64,000 nt of DNA, from NCBI GenBank assembly GCA_965262915.1, contig OZ253564.1:4160001-4224000 (forward strand). The letters run 5' to 3'. The notes beneath the pieces are model-generated. The model saw only the letters and a program-made list of their open reading frames with translations, searched no databases and had not been told where the DNA came from. Within the stretch, counting starts at the first letter, position 1, and each line of letters begins with the position of its first letter. This document shows, in pieces, positions 51,025-61,639 of this stretch. This DNA comes from Candidatus Spongiisociaceae bacterium. GTDB taxonomy: Bacteria > Actinomycetota > Acidimicrobiia > Spongiisociales > Spongiisociaceae. The translations under genes and the position numbers were made by a program.

Positions 51025-52151
51025 GTGTCGACCTCCTTGACCGCAAGCCCCGGTGCATCGCCGACCTGTGCCGCCGCAGCCGCAGCCGCCTCGATCCGCC
51101 TCCGCCGCTGGGCCAGCGCGTACGCGATCACCGCGAACAGAATGATGACGCCGACCATGATCGTGACGATCTCCCGGGGGGCGTCGCCCCTTACCTCCAG
51201 CACCCCGGAGGCCCGCTCCAGCCAGCCGAAGGCCACGGCCGCGATAGCCGCTCCCACCGCGTGGTTACGGCCGAGCAGGGCCACCGCGATGCCTGCGAAA
51301 CCCAGGCCCTGCGGGAACCGGAGGCTGTAGAAGTGCTGGTCACCCAACAGATCAGCCATCCCCACCAGGCCCGCCACCGCGCCGCTGAGCAGCATGGCCA
51401 GAACGATGGTCCGCTTGGGCGGCACCCCGCTCGCCTCCGCCGCCCACGGGTTGGCCCCGGTGGCCCGCAGGTCGTATCCGAGACGGGTCCGGTTGATGAT
51501 GAGGTGGTAGGCGATGCCGACCGCCGCCGCAACCAGGATGAAGCCGGTCAACTCCACACGCTTGATCTCCCGGGTGACCAGCTCGAGGATCGGGTTGAGG
51601 CTCGGGAACCAGCCGGTGGTGGCGATGTCACCAAGCCGGGTATCCAGGGACTCGGACTCGATGCTCCACCGGCCCAGGAGGAAGGAGACCGCGCCGGCCA
51701 CGGCGATGGCGTTGAGCATGATGGTGGAGATCACCTCGTGGACGTTGCGCGTCACCTTCATCCATCCGGCCAGTCCCGCCCAGGCGGCGCCCACGATCAT
51801 CGCAACGACCAGGATGATGGCGACATGGAGAGGAGGGAACAGCGAGCCGACACCGGCGCCCACATAGGCGGCAAGGAACGCGGCGAGGATGTACTGCCCT
51901 TCCACACCGATCTGGAACAGGTTCATCCTCATGGCGATGGCGAAGGCGATACCGGAGAGGTAGAGCGGCGTAGCCCGGTTGAAGGCCTCGACGAGGGTCT
52001 CGAGCCGGGTGCCGTACTCGAGGACGTTGCCGAAGGCGACGAACGGGTCGGCTCCGGAGACGAACAGGATCAGAGAGGCGACGGCGATGGCGAGTAGCAC
52101 TGCCGCCACCGGCGGACCCAACACCCTCCGGATGGCGCGCAACCGACTCAT
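51021..52151 (-). CDS. Nucleoside/sugar ABC permease
   Basis: LFQIGVEGQ, HEVISTIMLN, GFAGIAVALLGRN. Confidence 0.92.
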   Translation of the reverse strand: MSRLRAIRRVLGPPVAAVLLAIAVASLILFVSGADPFVAFGNVLEYGTRLETLVEAFNRATPLYLSGIAFAIAMRMNLFQIGVEGQYILAAFLAAYVGAGVGSLFPPLHVAIILVVAMIVGAAWAGLAGWMKVTRNVHEVISTIMLNAIAVAGAVSFLLGRWSIESESLDTRLGDIATTGWFPSLNPILELVTREIKRVELTGFILVAAAVGIAYHLIINRTRLGYDLRATGANPWAAEASGVPPKRTIVLAMLLSGAVAGLVGMADLLGDQHFYSLRFPQGLGFAGIAVALLGRNHAVGAAIAAVAFGWLERASGVLEVRGDAPREIVTIMVGVIILFAVIAYALAQRRRRIEAAAAAAAQVGDAPGLAVKEVDT

Positions 52152-53719
52152 GCGGCGGCGCCGGTCATGTAGGCCCCCAGCTCGCGGGGACCGACCTCCG
52201 CCGGATCGAGCCGGGCCACGATCTCACCGCGCAGCATGACCAGCAGCGTGTCGCTGAGTCCGATCAGTTCCTCAAGGTCGGCCGAGACCAGCAGGACGCC
52301 CAGCCCCCCCGCCCTCGCCCGACGGAGTTCCTCCCAGATCGCCGCCTGTGATCCGACATCGATGCCCCTGGTGGGATGGGCGGCGATCAGGGGGTTGCAT
52401 CCGGTCGACATCTCCCGGCCTACGACCAGCTTCTGCTGGTTGCCCCCGGACAAGGCGTGGACAGGCGTGTGCACCCCGGGGGTACGCACGTCGAAGTGCC
52501 GGATCACATCCGAGGCATGGCCCTTGGAGGCGTCCTCATCGATCCACAGACCCGAACGCAGAAACGGCGGCTGCGTCTGGTGGCCCAGAAAGCTGTTCTC
52601 CCATACCGGGGCAGGGAGTAACAGGCCCCGTCGGTGGCGATCCTCGGGAATGTATCCGAGGCCAGCCTCGCGCCGCCGCCTCACCGACCAATCGGTGACG
52701 TCTTCACCATGAAGATGGATCGAGCCTTCCGTCACCAGGGCGATTCCCAGGATCGCTTCCACCAACTCGGCCTGACCGTTGCCCTCCACGCCAGCCACAC
52801 CGACGATCTCGCCACATTGGACGGAGAACCCGACGCTCCGCAGTCTCGTCACCCCTGCCTCATCCGCCGCCGAGATCCCCCTGACCTCGATTGCGGTCCG
52901 GTCGGTGACGGTTACCTCACGCGTCTCGGGCGTGGGTAGTTCGGATCCGACCATCAACTCGGCAAGATCCTGGGCGGTCACGTCCTCCGGCTTCACGGTG
53001 GCAACCGACCTACCCTGCCGAAGCACCGTGATCGTGTCAGCGATCGCCAGCACCTCGTCCAGCTTGTGATCGATGAAGATGATGGTATGTCCCTCCGCCT
53101 TCAGTTCCCTCATGTTGCGGAACAACTCCTCCACCTCTTGGGGAACCAGAACCGCGGTAGGTTCGTCCAGGATCAGGATGCGGGCCCCCCGGTAGAGCAC
53201 CTTGATGATCTCGATTCTCTGCCGTTCCCCGACCTCCAAGGTCCCGACCATGTCGTCGAGGTCGAGCTCCAGACCGTAAGCATCCCCCAGCCGACGGAGT
53301 CGAGCTCGAGCGGTGGCAAAGTCGACGAGCGACAGGGCTCGAAAGAGGAGCTGCAGAAGCCGAGCTCGAGCGCGGAGGGAATCGCCGAGCGATCCCTTGG
53401 CGGGCTCCGCACCGAGGATCACGTTCTCGAGGACCGTGAGGTTGTCGGCCAGCATAAAATGCTGGTGAACCATCCCAATCCCGACATCGATGGCGTCCTT
53501 GGGCGACGAGAACCGGCGCTTGTCCCCCAGTACCTCGATCCGACCCTCATCGGGCGGCTGCATGCCGTACAGGATCTTCATCAACGTCGACTTGCCGGCA
53601 CCGTTCTCACCGCATATCGCGTGGATCTCGCCGGCCTCGACGGTCAGGTCAATCGCGTCGTTAGCGACCACGCCTGGAAAACGCTTGGTGATACCGGTCA
53701 GCCGGACCGCGGCACTCAT
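52148..53719 (-). CDS. Nucleoside ABC ATP-binding protein (two NBDs)
   Basis: GENGAGKST, ILDEPT, LSGGNQQK, PTRGIDVG. Confidence 0.94.
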   Translation of the reverse strand: MSAAVRLTGITKRFPGVVANDAIDLTVEAGEIHAICGENGAGKSTLMKILYGMQPPDEGRIEVLGDKRRFSSPKDAIDVGIGMVHQHFMLADNLTVLENVILGAEPAKGSLGDSLRARARLLQLLFRALSLVDFATARARLRRLGDAYGLELDLDDMVGTLEVGERQRIEIIKVLYRGARILILDEPTAVLVPQEVEELFRNMRELKAEGHTIIFIDHKLDEVLAIADTITVLRQGRSVATVKPEDVTAQDLAELMVGSELPTPETREVTVTDRTAIEVRGISAADEAGVTRLRSVGFSVQCGEIVGVAGVEGNGQAELVEAILGIALVTEGSIHLHGEDVTDWSVRRRREAGLGYIPEDRHRRGLLLPAPVWENSFLGHQTQPPFLRSGLWIDEDASKGHASDVIRHFDVRTPGVHTPVHALSGGNQQKLVVGREMSTGCNPLIAAHPTRGIDVGSQAAIWEELRRARAGGLGVLLVSADLEELIGLSDTLLVMLRGEIVARLDPAEVGPRELGAYMTGAAA

Positions 53720-53778
53720 GCGCTCATCCCATACTCAGCCCCAGCACATTCGTTCCGCCGAGTTCCTTCCGACTCCGC

Positions 53779-55830
53779 TCACCCTGCGTAAACGGCGGGG
53801 TCGCGGCTTACCACGATCTCGCCCGAGACGATCTTCTCCTTGAACCCGTCGAGCTGAGCCGCTATATCGCCCACGTGCCCGCCGGTGGTCGAATACCCGA
53901 CCCCATCCACCGACAGGTCGAACCTCTGCTCACCCGCGGCGAACGTACCCGCCTGCACCGCCCGGATAGTGTCGAACACCGCTACGTCCACCCGCTTCAG
54001 CATCGACGTCAGAATGTATGGCTGGAAGTCCTCACCGGCCGTCAGGTACTGATCCGAATCCACCCCGATCGCCCACACATGGGTGTTGTTCGCCTCCGAG
54101 TAATCCTTGGCGGCCTGGAACAGCCCCCCACCCGTACCGCCCGCCGCGTGATAGACCACATCGGCGCCCTGCTCGAACATCGACTGGGCAATCACCCGCC
54201 CAGCCGCCGGATCGTTGAAACCACTGAAATCAGGCGGCTCCGTCACGTACTGGGAGATCACCTGGATGGACGGATCCACCGCCTGCACACCCGCCAGGAA
54301 CCCGGCCTCGAAAGCATGGATCAAAGGAATGTTAACCCCACCTATGTAGCCGACGATACCGCTCTCGGTCTTCAACGCAGCGGCCGCCCCGACCAAGAAC
54401 GAGCCCTGCTCCTCCGAGAACAACAACCCGGCCACATTCGGAGCGTCCACAGACGAGTCCACGATCGCGAAGCTGGTCTCGGGAAACTCTGCGGCCACAG
54501 CGGCCATCGGCTCAGCGAACAGGAACCCGACCCCGATCACCAGATCGGCTCCCTCCGACGCCTGAAGCGCCAGCAGCTCCTCACGGTTGGTCCCGTCCTC
54601 GTTGGCTGAAGCCTCCGAGAAGGTGACACCCAGCTCGGTGGAGGCCCGATCGAGGCCCGCCGCCGCCGCATCGTTGAACGACTGGTCCCCCCGACCGCCG
54701 ATGTCATAAACCAAACCGATCCTGATCGAAGGCAGAACAACCTCTAGTTCGGCGGGGTCGCGGCTTACCACGATCTCGCCCGAGACGATCTTCTCCTTGA
54801 ACCCGTCGAGCTGAGCCGCTATATCGCCCACGTGCCCGCCGGTGGTCGAATACCCGACCCCATCCACCGACAGGTCGAACCTCTGCTCACCCGCGGCGAA
54901 CGTACCCGCCTGCACCGCCCGGATAGTGTCGAACACCGCTACGTCCACCCGCTTCAGCATCGACGTCAGAATGTATGGCTGGAAGTCCTCACCGGCCGTC
55001 AGGTACTGATCCGAATCCACCCCGATCGCCCACACATGGGTGTTGTTCGCCTCCGAGTAATCCTTGGCGGCCTGGAACAGCCCCCCACCCGTACCGCCCG
55101 CCGCGTGATAGACCACATCGGCGCCCTGCTCGAACATCGACTGGGCAATCACCCGCCCAGCCGCCGGATCGTTGAAACCACTGAAATCAGGCGGCTCCGT
55201 CACGTACTGGGAGATCACCTGGATGGACGGATCCACCGCCTGCACACCCGCCAGGAACCCGGCCTCGAAAGCATGGATCAAAGGAATGTTAACCCCACCT
55301 ATGTAGCCGACGATACCGCTCTCGGTCTTCAACGCAGCGGCCGCCCCGACCAAGAACGAGCCCTGCTCCTCCGAGAACAACAACCCGGCCACATTCGGAG
55401 CGTCCACAGACGAGTCCACGATCGCGAAGCTGGTCTCGGGAAACTCTGCGGCCACAGCGGCCATCGGCTCAGCGAACAGGAACCCGACCCCGATCACCAG
55501 ATCGGCTCCCTCCGACGCCTGAAGCGCCAGCAGCTCCTCACGGTTGGTCCCGTCCTCGTTGGCTGAAGCCTCCGAGAAGGTGACACCCAGCTCGGTGGAG
55601 GCCCGATCGAGGCCCGCCGCCGCCGCATCGTTGAACGACTGGTCCCCCCGACCGCCGATGTCATAAACCAAACCGATCCTGATCGGCTCACCTGCCGGGG
55701 CCTGGGTGGCTGAGGGGGTCTCGGAGGTTGCCTGGGTTGTGGTCGTCCCCGGCTCCTCATCACCGCCGCAAGCCGCTGCCAGCAACGCGAACGCCGCCAG
55801 CGCGATGAACAACCTCGTCTTTGTGTACAT
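53779..55830 (-). CDS. BMP-family nucleoside-binding lipoprotein with two tandem domains
   Basis: Lipobox AAAC; GGRGDQSFN, IGVDSDQ, SMLKRVD each twice. Confidence 0.92.
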   Translation of the reverse strand: MYTKTRLFIALAAFALLAAACGGDEEPGTTTTQATSETPSATQAPAGEPIRIGLVYDIGGRGDQSFNDAAAAGLDRASTELGVTFSEASANEDGTNREELLALQASEGADLVIGVGFLFAEPMAAVAAEFPETSFAIVDSSVDAPNVAGLLFSEEQGSFLVGAAAALKTESGIVGYIGGVNIPLIHAFEAGFLAGVQAVDPSIQVISQYVTEPPDFSGFNDPAAGRVIAQSMFEQGADVVYHAAGGTGGGLFQAAKDYSEANNTHVWAIGVDSDQYLTAGEDFQPYILTSMLKRVDVAVFDTIRAVQAGTFAAGEQRFDLSVDGVGYSTTGGHVGDIAAQLDGFKEKIVSGEIVVSRDPAELEVVLPSIRIGLVYDIGGRGDQSFNDAAAAGLDRASTELGVTFSEASANEDGTNREELLALQASEGADLVIGVGFLFAEPMAAVAAEFPETSFAIVDSSVDAPNVAGLLFSEEQGSFLVGAAAALKTESGIVGYIGGVNIPLIHAFEAGFLAGVQAVDPSIQVISQYVTEPPDFSGFNDPAAGRVIAQSMFEQGADVVYHAAGGTGGGLFQAAKDYSEANNTHVWAIGVDSDQYLTAGEDFQPYILTSMLKRVDVAVFDTIRAVQAGTFAAGEQRFDLSVDGVGYSTTGGHVGDIAAQLDGFKEKIVSGEIVVSRDPAVYAG
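53793..55685. repeat. 936-bp direct repeat x2 (53793-54728 and 54750-55685), 21-bp unique linker
   Basis: Offset 957 bp; no differences seen by eye; shadow ORFs at 53875 and 54832 translate identically. Confidence 0.93.
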
Positions 55831-55997
55831 GGTCTCAGTTCCTCCTACTCGCACCCCCGCCACAGGGATACCCGCTCCGACAGTCTACGCCGCCCGGAGT
55901 CCGGTAGCCAGTGGCGGAGCCGGCGGCCGGTGGACAAATAGTGGTGGGCAGATAGTGGACGGACTACCGGCGGGCAGTGGCCGGTAGGCCGGTGTGG

Positions 55998-58478
55998 CTA
56001 CGAGCCGGAGTCGACCAGGTCTACGGGTGGGATGTCGGGCGTGTCGACCATTTCGAAGAACAGGCCCTCGCCCTCGGGGTCCGCATCCACCACGATGGTG
56101 GTACCGGACCGGTACTCGCCCAGCAATACCTGCTCGGCCAGCGGGTCCTCCAGGAACCGCTGGATGGCCCGCCTCAGAGGACGGGCGCCGAGTTGGCGGT
56201 CATAGCCGATCCTGACCAGGAACGTCTTGGCCGCGTCGCTCAGGACCAGGTTGAGCGCTTGGGTGGCGAGTTGTTCACGGTCCCTCACCAGCAGCAGGTC
56301 GACGATCTGCTTGACCTCGTCCTCCGTGAGCTGGTGGAAAACGATCACCTCGTCGATCCGGTTGAGGAACTCGGGACGGAAGTGGCGCTTGAGCTCGTCG
56401 GTCAGCTTCTGCTTCATCTTCTCGTAGCTGACCTCATGGCTCTCGTGCTGGAAGCCCACCGACCGCTTGTGGAGGGCCTCCGAACCCAGGTTGGAGGTCA
56501 TGATGATGACGGTGTTCTTGAAGTCCACCGTCCGACCCTGGGCGTCGGTCAGCCGGCCGTCCTCCAGGATCTGCAGCAGGGTGTTGAAGACATCGGAATG
56601 GGCTTTCTCGATCTCGTCGAAGAGCACCACCGAGAAGGGCTTCCGCCGGACCGACTCGGTGAGTTGCCCGCCCTCGCCGTAGCCCACGTACCCGGGTGGG
56701 GATCCCAGCAGGCGGCTGACCGTGTGCTTCTCCATGTACTCGGACATGTCGAGCTGGATGAGGGAGTCCTCGTCGCCGAACAGGAACTCGGCGAGGGCCT
56801 TGGCGGTCTCGGTCTTTCCTACTCCCGACGGACCCAGGAAGACGAAGGACCCGCTGGGCCGCTTGGGGTCCTTGAGGCCAGCTCTCGTGCGCCTGATCGC
56901 CCGGCTCACCGCCGAAATCCCGTCGTGCTGCCCGATGATCCGCTTGTGCAGTTCCTCCTCCATGTGGACCAACCGGGCGGTCTCCTCCTCGGTCAGGCGG
57001 TGGACGGGGATGCCGGTCCATTGTGCCAGCACGTCGGCGATCTCGTCTTCGTCTATCACCGAATCGTCGGTCGCGCCCAGCTCGGATTGCCGCCGGGCCC
57101 GGTCAGAGAGCAGGGCCCGTTCCTGGTCACGGAGCTGGGCGGCCCGCTCGAACTGCTGGGCCGACACGGCCTGCATCTTGTCCTTGCGCACCGCGCTCAA
57201 CTGATCATCGATCTGCTTGACCTGGGGGCTGGAACTGATGCGGAAGATGCGGTTGCGGCTGCCGGCCTCGTCGATCAGGTCTATGGCCTTGTCGGGCAGG
57301 AACCGGTCCGAGATGTAGCGGTCCGCCAGGTTGGCGGCCGTCTTGAGGGCGCTGTCGGTGAAGCGCACCGAATGGTGGGCCTCGTAGCGATCCCTCAGAC
57401 CATGGAGGATGAGCACCGTCTCGGCCACCGTGGGTTCGTCGACGTGGATCGGCTGGAAACGCCGTTCCAACGCCGAGTCCTTCTCCAGGTACTTGCGGTA
57501 CTCCTCGAGGGTGGTAGCGCCCACCGTCTGGAGTTCGCCCCGGGCCAGCATGGGTTTGAGGATGCTGGCGGCGTCGATGGCTCCTTCGGCTGCACCGGCG
57601 CCCACCAGGGTGTGGATCTCGTCTATGAAGAGGATGATGTCCCCTCGGGTCTTGATCTCCTTCAGTACCTTCTTGAGGCGCTCCTCGAAGTCCCCCCGGT
57701 ACCGGGAGCCGGCCACCAGCGCCCCGAGGTCAAGCGTGTATATGGACTTCGACGTGAGGGTGTCGGGAACCTCCGAGGCCACGATGCGCTGAGCCAGACC
57801 CTCCACGATGGCGGTCTTCCCCACCCCCGGTTCGCCGATCAGTACCGGGTTGTTCTTGGAACGCCGCGACAGGATCTGCATGACCCGCTCTATCTCGGTA
57901 CGGCGTCCTATGACCGGGTCGAGGTCATGGTCGCGGGCCATGGTGGTCAGGTTGCGGCCAAACTGGTCGAGCACGGTGGATCCCGATACCGGGGATCCCC
58001 TCCCCGAGGGCGCGGTGCCGGCCGGTGCGGGCTCGTCGCCCGAGCCTCCGGACAGCAACTGGATGACCGTGTGGCGCACCTTGGGGAGGTCGGCGCCCAG
58101 CTTCTCGAGCACTTGGGCGGCGACGCCGTCCCCTTCCCGGATCAGGCCCAGCAGGATGTGCTCGGTACCGATGTAGTTGTGCCCCAACTGCAGAGCTTCG
58201 CGCAGGCTCAACTCCAGTACCTTCTTGGCCCGGGGGGTGAACGGTATGTGGCCGGACGGAGACTGGTGACCCTGGCCGATGGTATCCACAACCTGGCTGC
58301 GCACCGAATCGAGGCGAATGCCGAGACTCTGGAGACCGCGGGCCGCCACGCCCTCTCCCTCGTGGATCAGGCCCAACAGGATGTGCTCGGTACCGATGTA
58401 GTTGTGGTTGAGTAACCGGGCCTCTTCCTGTGCCAGCACCACCACCCGACGGGCGCGGTCGGTGAAGCGTTCAAACAC
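55998..58478 (-). CDS. clpC: ATP-dependent Clp protease ATPase ClpC
   Basis: [37 protein letters not shown]. Confidence 0.98.
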   Translation of the reverse strand: MFERFTDRARRVVVLAQEEARLLNHNYIGTEHILLGLIHEGEGVAARGLQSLGIRLDSVRSQVVDTIGQGHQSPSGHIPFTPRAKKVLELSLREALQLGHNYIGTEHILLGLIREGDGVAAQVLEKLGADLPKVRHTVIQLLSGGSGDEPAPAGTAPSGRGSPVSGSTVLDQFGRNLTTMARDHDLDPVIGRRTEIERVMQILSRRSKNNPVLIGEPGVGKTAIVEGLAQRIVASEVPDTLTSKSIYTLDLGALVAGSRYRGDFEERLKKVLKEIKTRGDIILFIDEIHTLVGAGAAEGAIDAASILKPMLARGELQTVGATTLEEYRKYLEKDSALERRFQPIHVDEPTVAETVLILHGLRDRYEAHHSVRFTDSALKTAANLADRYISDRFLPDKAIDLIDEAGSRNRIFRISSSPQVKQIDDQLSAVRKDKMQAVSAQQFERAAQLRDQERALLSDRARRQSELGATDDSVIDEDEIADVLAQWTGIPVHRLTEEETARLVHMEEELHKRIIGQHDGISAVSRAIRRTRAGLKDPKRPSGSFVFLGPSGVGKTETAKALAEFLFGDEDSLIQLDMSEYMEKHTVSRLLGSPPGYVGYGEGGQLTESVRRKPFSVVLFDEIEKAHSDVFNTLLQILEDGRLTDAQGRTVDFKNTVIIMTSNLGSEALHKRSVGFQHESHEVSYEKMKQKLTDELKRHFRPEFLNRIDEVIVFHQLTEDEVKQIVDLLLVRDREQLATQALNLVLSDAAKTFLVRIGYDRQLGARPLRRAIQRFLEDPLAEQVLLGEYRSGTTIVVDADPEGEGLFFEMVDTPDIPPVDLVDSGS

Positions 58479-58653
58479 AGCCGATCAACCTCCATGGTCT
58501 GGCAGCTTTGCGTCTTACGGAATACAAGCTTAGGTGCACAAGTCTTTCCGTCGCGACTATACCCCGGGGGGGCTGACTATGGCGATCCCGATCAACGATC
58601 GACATACGCTTACCATAGGCCGTGACGATGACTCCAACGCTCGCTCAACAGCA

Positions 58654-59685
58654 ATGGTGACTCCGGTCCTGCGGAACCTGATCGACATACCGGACCTATG
58701 GGAGCGGATCGAACGGGTGGAGAGCCGGCTGTTCGAGGTCTCCTCGTCCGCTCACCCCTTCCTGACCGAGATCGCCCAGCATCTGCTGGCAGCCGGGGGT
58801 AAGAGGTTCCGTCCGATCCTCTCCCAGCTGGCGTCGGAGTTCGGTCCGTCGCGCGACCACCGGCTGATCGAGGCAGGGGCAGCCGTGGAACTGATCCATA
58901 TCGGATCCCTGTACCACGACGACGTGATCGACGGGGCGGAGACCCGCCGCGGGACGACGTCGGTCAACACCAGATGGAGTAACGCCCAAGCGATCCTGGC
59001 CGGCGACTTCCTCATCTCCCGTGCTTCGGAGTTGGCCGCTACGAGCCTGGGCGAGGAAGCGGTCCGCCTACTGGCCCGCACCTACACCGAGTTGGTGGTG
59101 GGCCAGGCGCTCGAACTCCGGCTGACCGGAGACCTTACCCACGGCCCGGAGGATTACCACCGCGTCATAAGCGGCAAGACCGCCAGCCTCATCAGGACCT
59201 CCGCCCGGATCGGCGCTCTGGCTGCCGATGCCCCGCGGGAAGTCGTGGAGGCATTGTCCGCCGCCACTTGGCAGCTGGGAATGGTATTCCAACTCACCGA
59301 CGACGCCCTCGACCTGGTAGCAACCGACGAGCAACTGGGCAAGCCGGCCGGGAGCGACATCCATCAGGGGGTGTACACCCTTCCGGTACTCCATGCTCTC
59401 GAGGGACCCGCCGGGAACCGCATCGCCACCCTGCTGGCCGGAGGCATACCGTTCGACGACAGGACGGTGAGGGAGGTGATCGGCCTGATCCAGGAGGGTG
59501 ATTACCTCGACCACGTCCTCGACGAGTGCACCGACCGCCTGAGGCAGGCCTCGGATGCCATCGCCACGCTCCCCGACATCGAGGCTCGCTCGGTCCTCGT
59601 CCGGATGGGGACCTTCCTGGTGGACCGGGTCCACGCAGTCAGTCAGCCTGAATCCACCGATTCATATTCCGAAAACCAATCCTGA
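58654..59685 (+). CDS. Polyprenyl diphosphate synthase
   Basis: GGKRFRP, HDDVID..RRG, GKTASL, FQLTDDALD, GKPAGSD. Confidence 0.93.
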   Translation: MVTPVLRNLIDIPDLWERIERVESRLFEVSSSAHPFLTEIAQHLLAAGGKRFRPILSQLASEFGPSRDHRLIEAGAAVELIHIGSLYHDDVIDGAETRRGTTSVNTRWSNAQAILAGDFLISRASELAATSLGEEAVRLLARTYTELVVGQALELRLTGDLTHGPEDYHRVISGKTASLIRTSARIGALAADAPREVVEALSAATWQLGMVFQLTDDALDLVATDEQLGKPAGSDIHQGVYTLPVLHALEGPAGNRIATLLAGGIPFDDRTVREVIGLIQEGDYLDHVLDECTDRLRQASDAIATLPDIEARSVLVRMGTFLVDRVHAVSQPESTDSYSENQS

Positions 59686-59860
59686 CCAGGGCGATCTCCG
59701 GGATCCACCACTCACAGGAAGTTGCTCCTCTTCCCAGGACCGAACCATCCTTACCAATAGCTATCGCCGCAGATCAGGAGGCATTTCCACCATATCTCTA
59801 TGTCCGCTGCGCCCTCCCCATCGGTGGATTCAGGGTCAGTGACCGGCGGGTGCCAGTTGT

Positions 59861-59918
59861 CAGGTGCCAGACAACCAGCACCTGGCACCTGGCACCTGGC
59901 ACCTGGCACCTGGCACCT
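59861..59918 (+). repeat. (GCACCTG)n tract, about 6 units, plus one inverted unit
   Basis: Units from 59878; CAGGTGCC at 59861; abuts the lysS stop. Confidence 0.88.
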
Positions 59919-61443
59919 ACCTGGCTTCGGGACGCAGGTGGGGGAAGAGCACCACCTCTCGCAGGTTTCTCTGATCGGTGAGCAACATCACGAGCCGGTC
60001 CACGCCGATACCCAGACCGCCCGTCGGAGGCAAACCCACCTCGAGAGCCCGCAGGAAGTCCTCGTCGACCGGGTGGGCCGATTGGTCCCCCGCCGCCCGG
60101 GCGGCGGCCTGAGCCTCGAAGCGGCCTCTCTGGTCGATCGGATCGTTCAGCTCGGTGAAGGCGTCGGCGTGCTCGCTTCCGGCTATGAACAACTCGAACC
60201 GCTCGACCAGACCGTCGATCGAGCGGTGCCGGCGGGCCAGTGGCGAGATGTCGATGGGATGGTCGATGACGAAGGTCGGCTCCCATAACCCCGGTACTAC
60301 CCGGTGGTCGAAGATCTCCTCGACCAACTTCCCGAACCCCCAAGTGGCATCGGTCTCGACCCCGGCCCGATCGGCCAGGCTCCTCAGCCGGGACGGTGGC
60401 GTCGAGGGTGTGACAGGTGCATCCAGCGCCTCTCCCACCAGCTCCAGCATGGGCACGCGCCGGTAGGGAGGCCGGAGATCGATCGGCCGACCCTGGTAGG
60501 TGAGGCGGGATGTTCCGACTACCCGCCGAGCCACCGCCGGGATGACCTCCTCCATCAACTCCATGATGTCCCGGTAGTCGGCCAGCGCCTGGTAGGCCTC
60601 GAGAGTGGTGAACTCCGGGTTGTGCGTGGAGTCGATGCCTTCGTTGCGGAACACCCGGCCCAACTCGAAGACCCGCTCCATGCCTCCCACCACCAGCCTC
60701 TTCAGATGGAGTTCGGTGGCGATCCGCAGATACATCTCGATCCCGAGAGCGTTGTGATAGGTCTCGAAGGGCCGGGCCAGCGCCCCGCCCGCCTGGATCT
60801 GGAGCACAGGGGTCTCCACCTCGATGAAGCCCCTTCCTTCGAACTGGCTCCGCAACTCGGACACCACCCCGGCCCGCGCCTCGGCGACGTGCCGGGCTTC
60901 CGGGTTGACCAGCAGGTCCAACTCGCGCCGGCGGAAACGCCGCTCCTTGTCCCTCAGGCCGTGCCACTTCGCAGGTAGGGGACGCAGACCCTTGGCCAGC
61001 AGAGCGAAATCGCCTACACCTACGCTAAGCTCACCCCGGCGGGTTGTCATCACCTCCCCCCTCGCCCACACCCAGTCGCCGGTGTCCAGATCCCCGAAAG
61101 CAGCCCACGCGGCGTCGCCGAGCCCCCGCTCGTCCACAAAAAGCTGGATACGTCCCGAATAGTCCTGGAGCACCCCGAACACCAGCCGGCCCAGACGGCG
61201 CAGGTTCATGAGCCGCCCGGCCACCTCCACCACCTCGCCGGTATTCACGTCGGGGTCGAGGCCGGCGAAGCGGTCATGGAGATCGGAGGCCGAGGAGTCG
61301 CGGGTGTAACCGAGCGGGTAGGGGTCGATGCCCCGGGAGCGCAGGCGGTCGACCTTCTCGAGCCGCTGAGCGGTGAGGGGATGGTCGGCGAGCCCGACGC
61401 CCTCCTGGATGTCGCTCTGGGGCGTTTCACCGGGTTCGTTCAT
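59917..61443 (-). CDS. lysS: Lysine-tRNA ligase (class II)
   Basis: GFIEVETP, YLRIATEL, FRNEGID.THNPEFT, GLPPTGGLGIGVDRL. Confidence 0.97.
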   Translation of the reverse strand: MNEPGETPQSDIQEGVGLADHPLTAQRLEKVDRLRSRGIDPYPLGYTRDSSASDLHDRFAGLDPDVNTGEVVEVAGRLMNLRRLGRLVFGVLQDYSGRIQLFVDERGLGDAAWAAFGDLDTGDWVWARGEVMTTRRGELSVGVGDFALLAKGLRPLPAKWHGLRDKERRFRRRELDLLVNPEARHVAEARAGVVSELRSQFEGRGFIEVETPVLQIQAGGALARPFETYHNALGIEMYLRIATELHLKRLVVGGMERVFELGRVFRNEGIDSTHNPEFTTLEAYQALADYRDIMELMEEVIPAVARRVVGTSRLTYQGRPIDLRPPYRRVPMLELVGEALDAPVTPSTPPSRLRSLADRAGVETDATWGFGKLVEEIFDHRVVPGLWEPTFVIDHPIDISPLARRHRSIDGLVERFELFIAGSEHADAFTELNDPIDQRGRFEAQAAARAAGDQSAHPVDEDFLRALEVGLPPTGGLGIGVDRLVMLLTDQRNLREVVLFPHLRPEAR

Positions 61444-61469
61444 ACGACGGGAAGGGTACCGCAGGCGAA

Positions 61470-61638
61470 CTAGTGGTCCGTCTGTGAAACGGCGGCGTGG
61501 TATGCGCCGGCAGCGGCGTTCCTCACAAGGCCCGCCGACGAAGGCGTACCCGCAGCGGTACATAGAGGAGGCGGAACACAGCGAGGGACGCCGATGGCTG
61601 CCGGAGCACGCCAAGTTAATCTGCAGGCAGACCACCAA
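61470..61638. mobile_element. 169-bp MITE-like element, copy 2
   Basis: CTAGTGGTCCGTCTGT...GCAGGCAGACCACCAA; same internal AAGGCGTACCCGCAGCGGTAC as copy 1. Confidence 0.8.
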
Positions 61639-61639
61639 C

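Noticed and set aside
55977-58415. 812-aa + strand ORF (likewise 24066-25625, 28775-30172, 40823-42391)
   Set aside because: Antisense shadows of clear genes, expected in high-GC DNA
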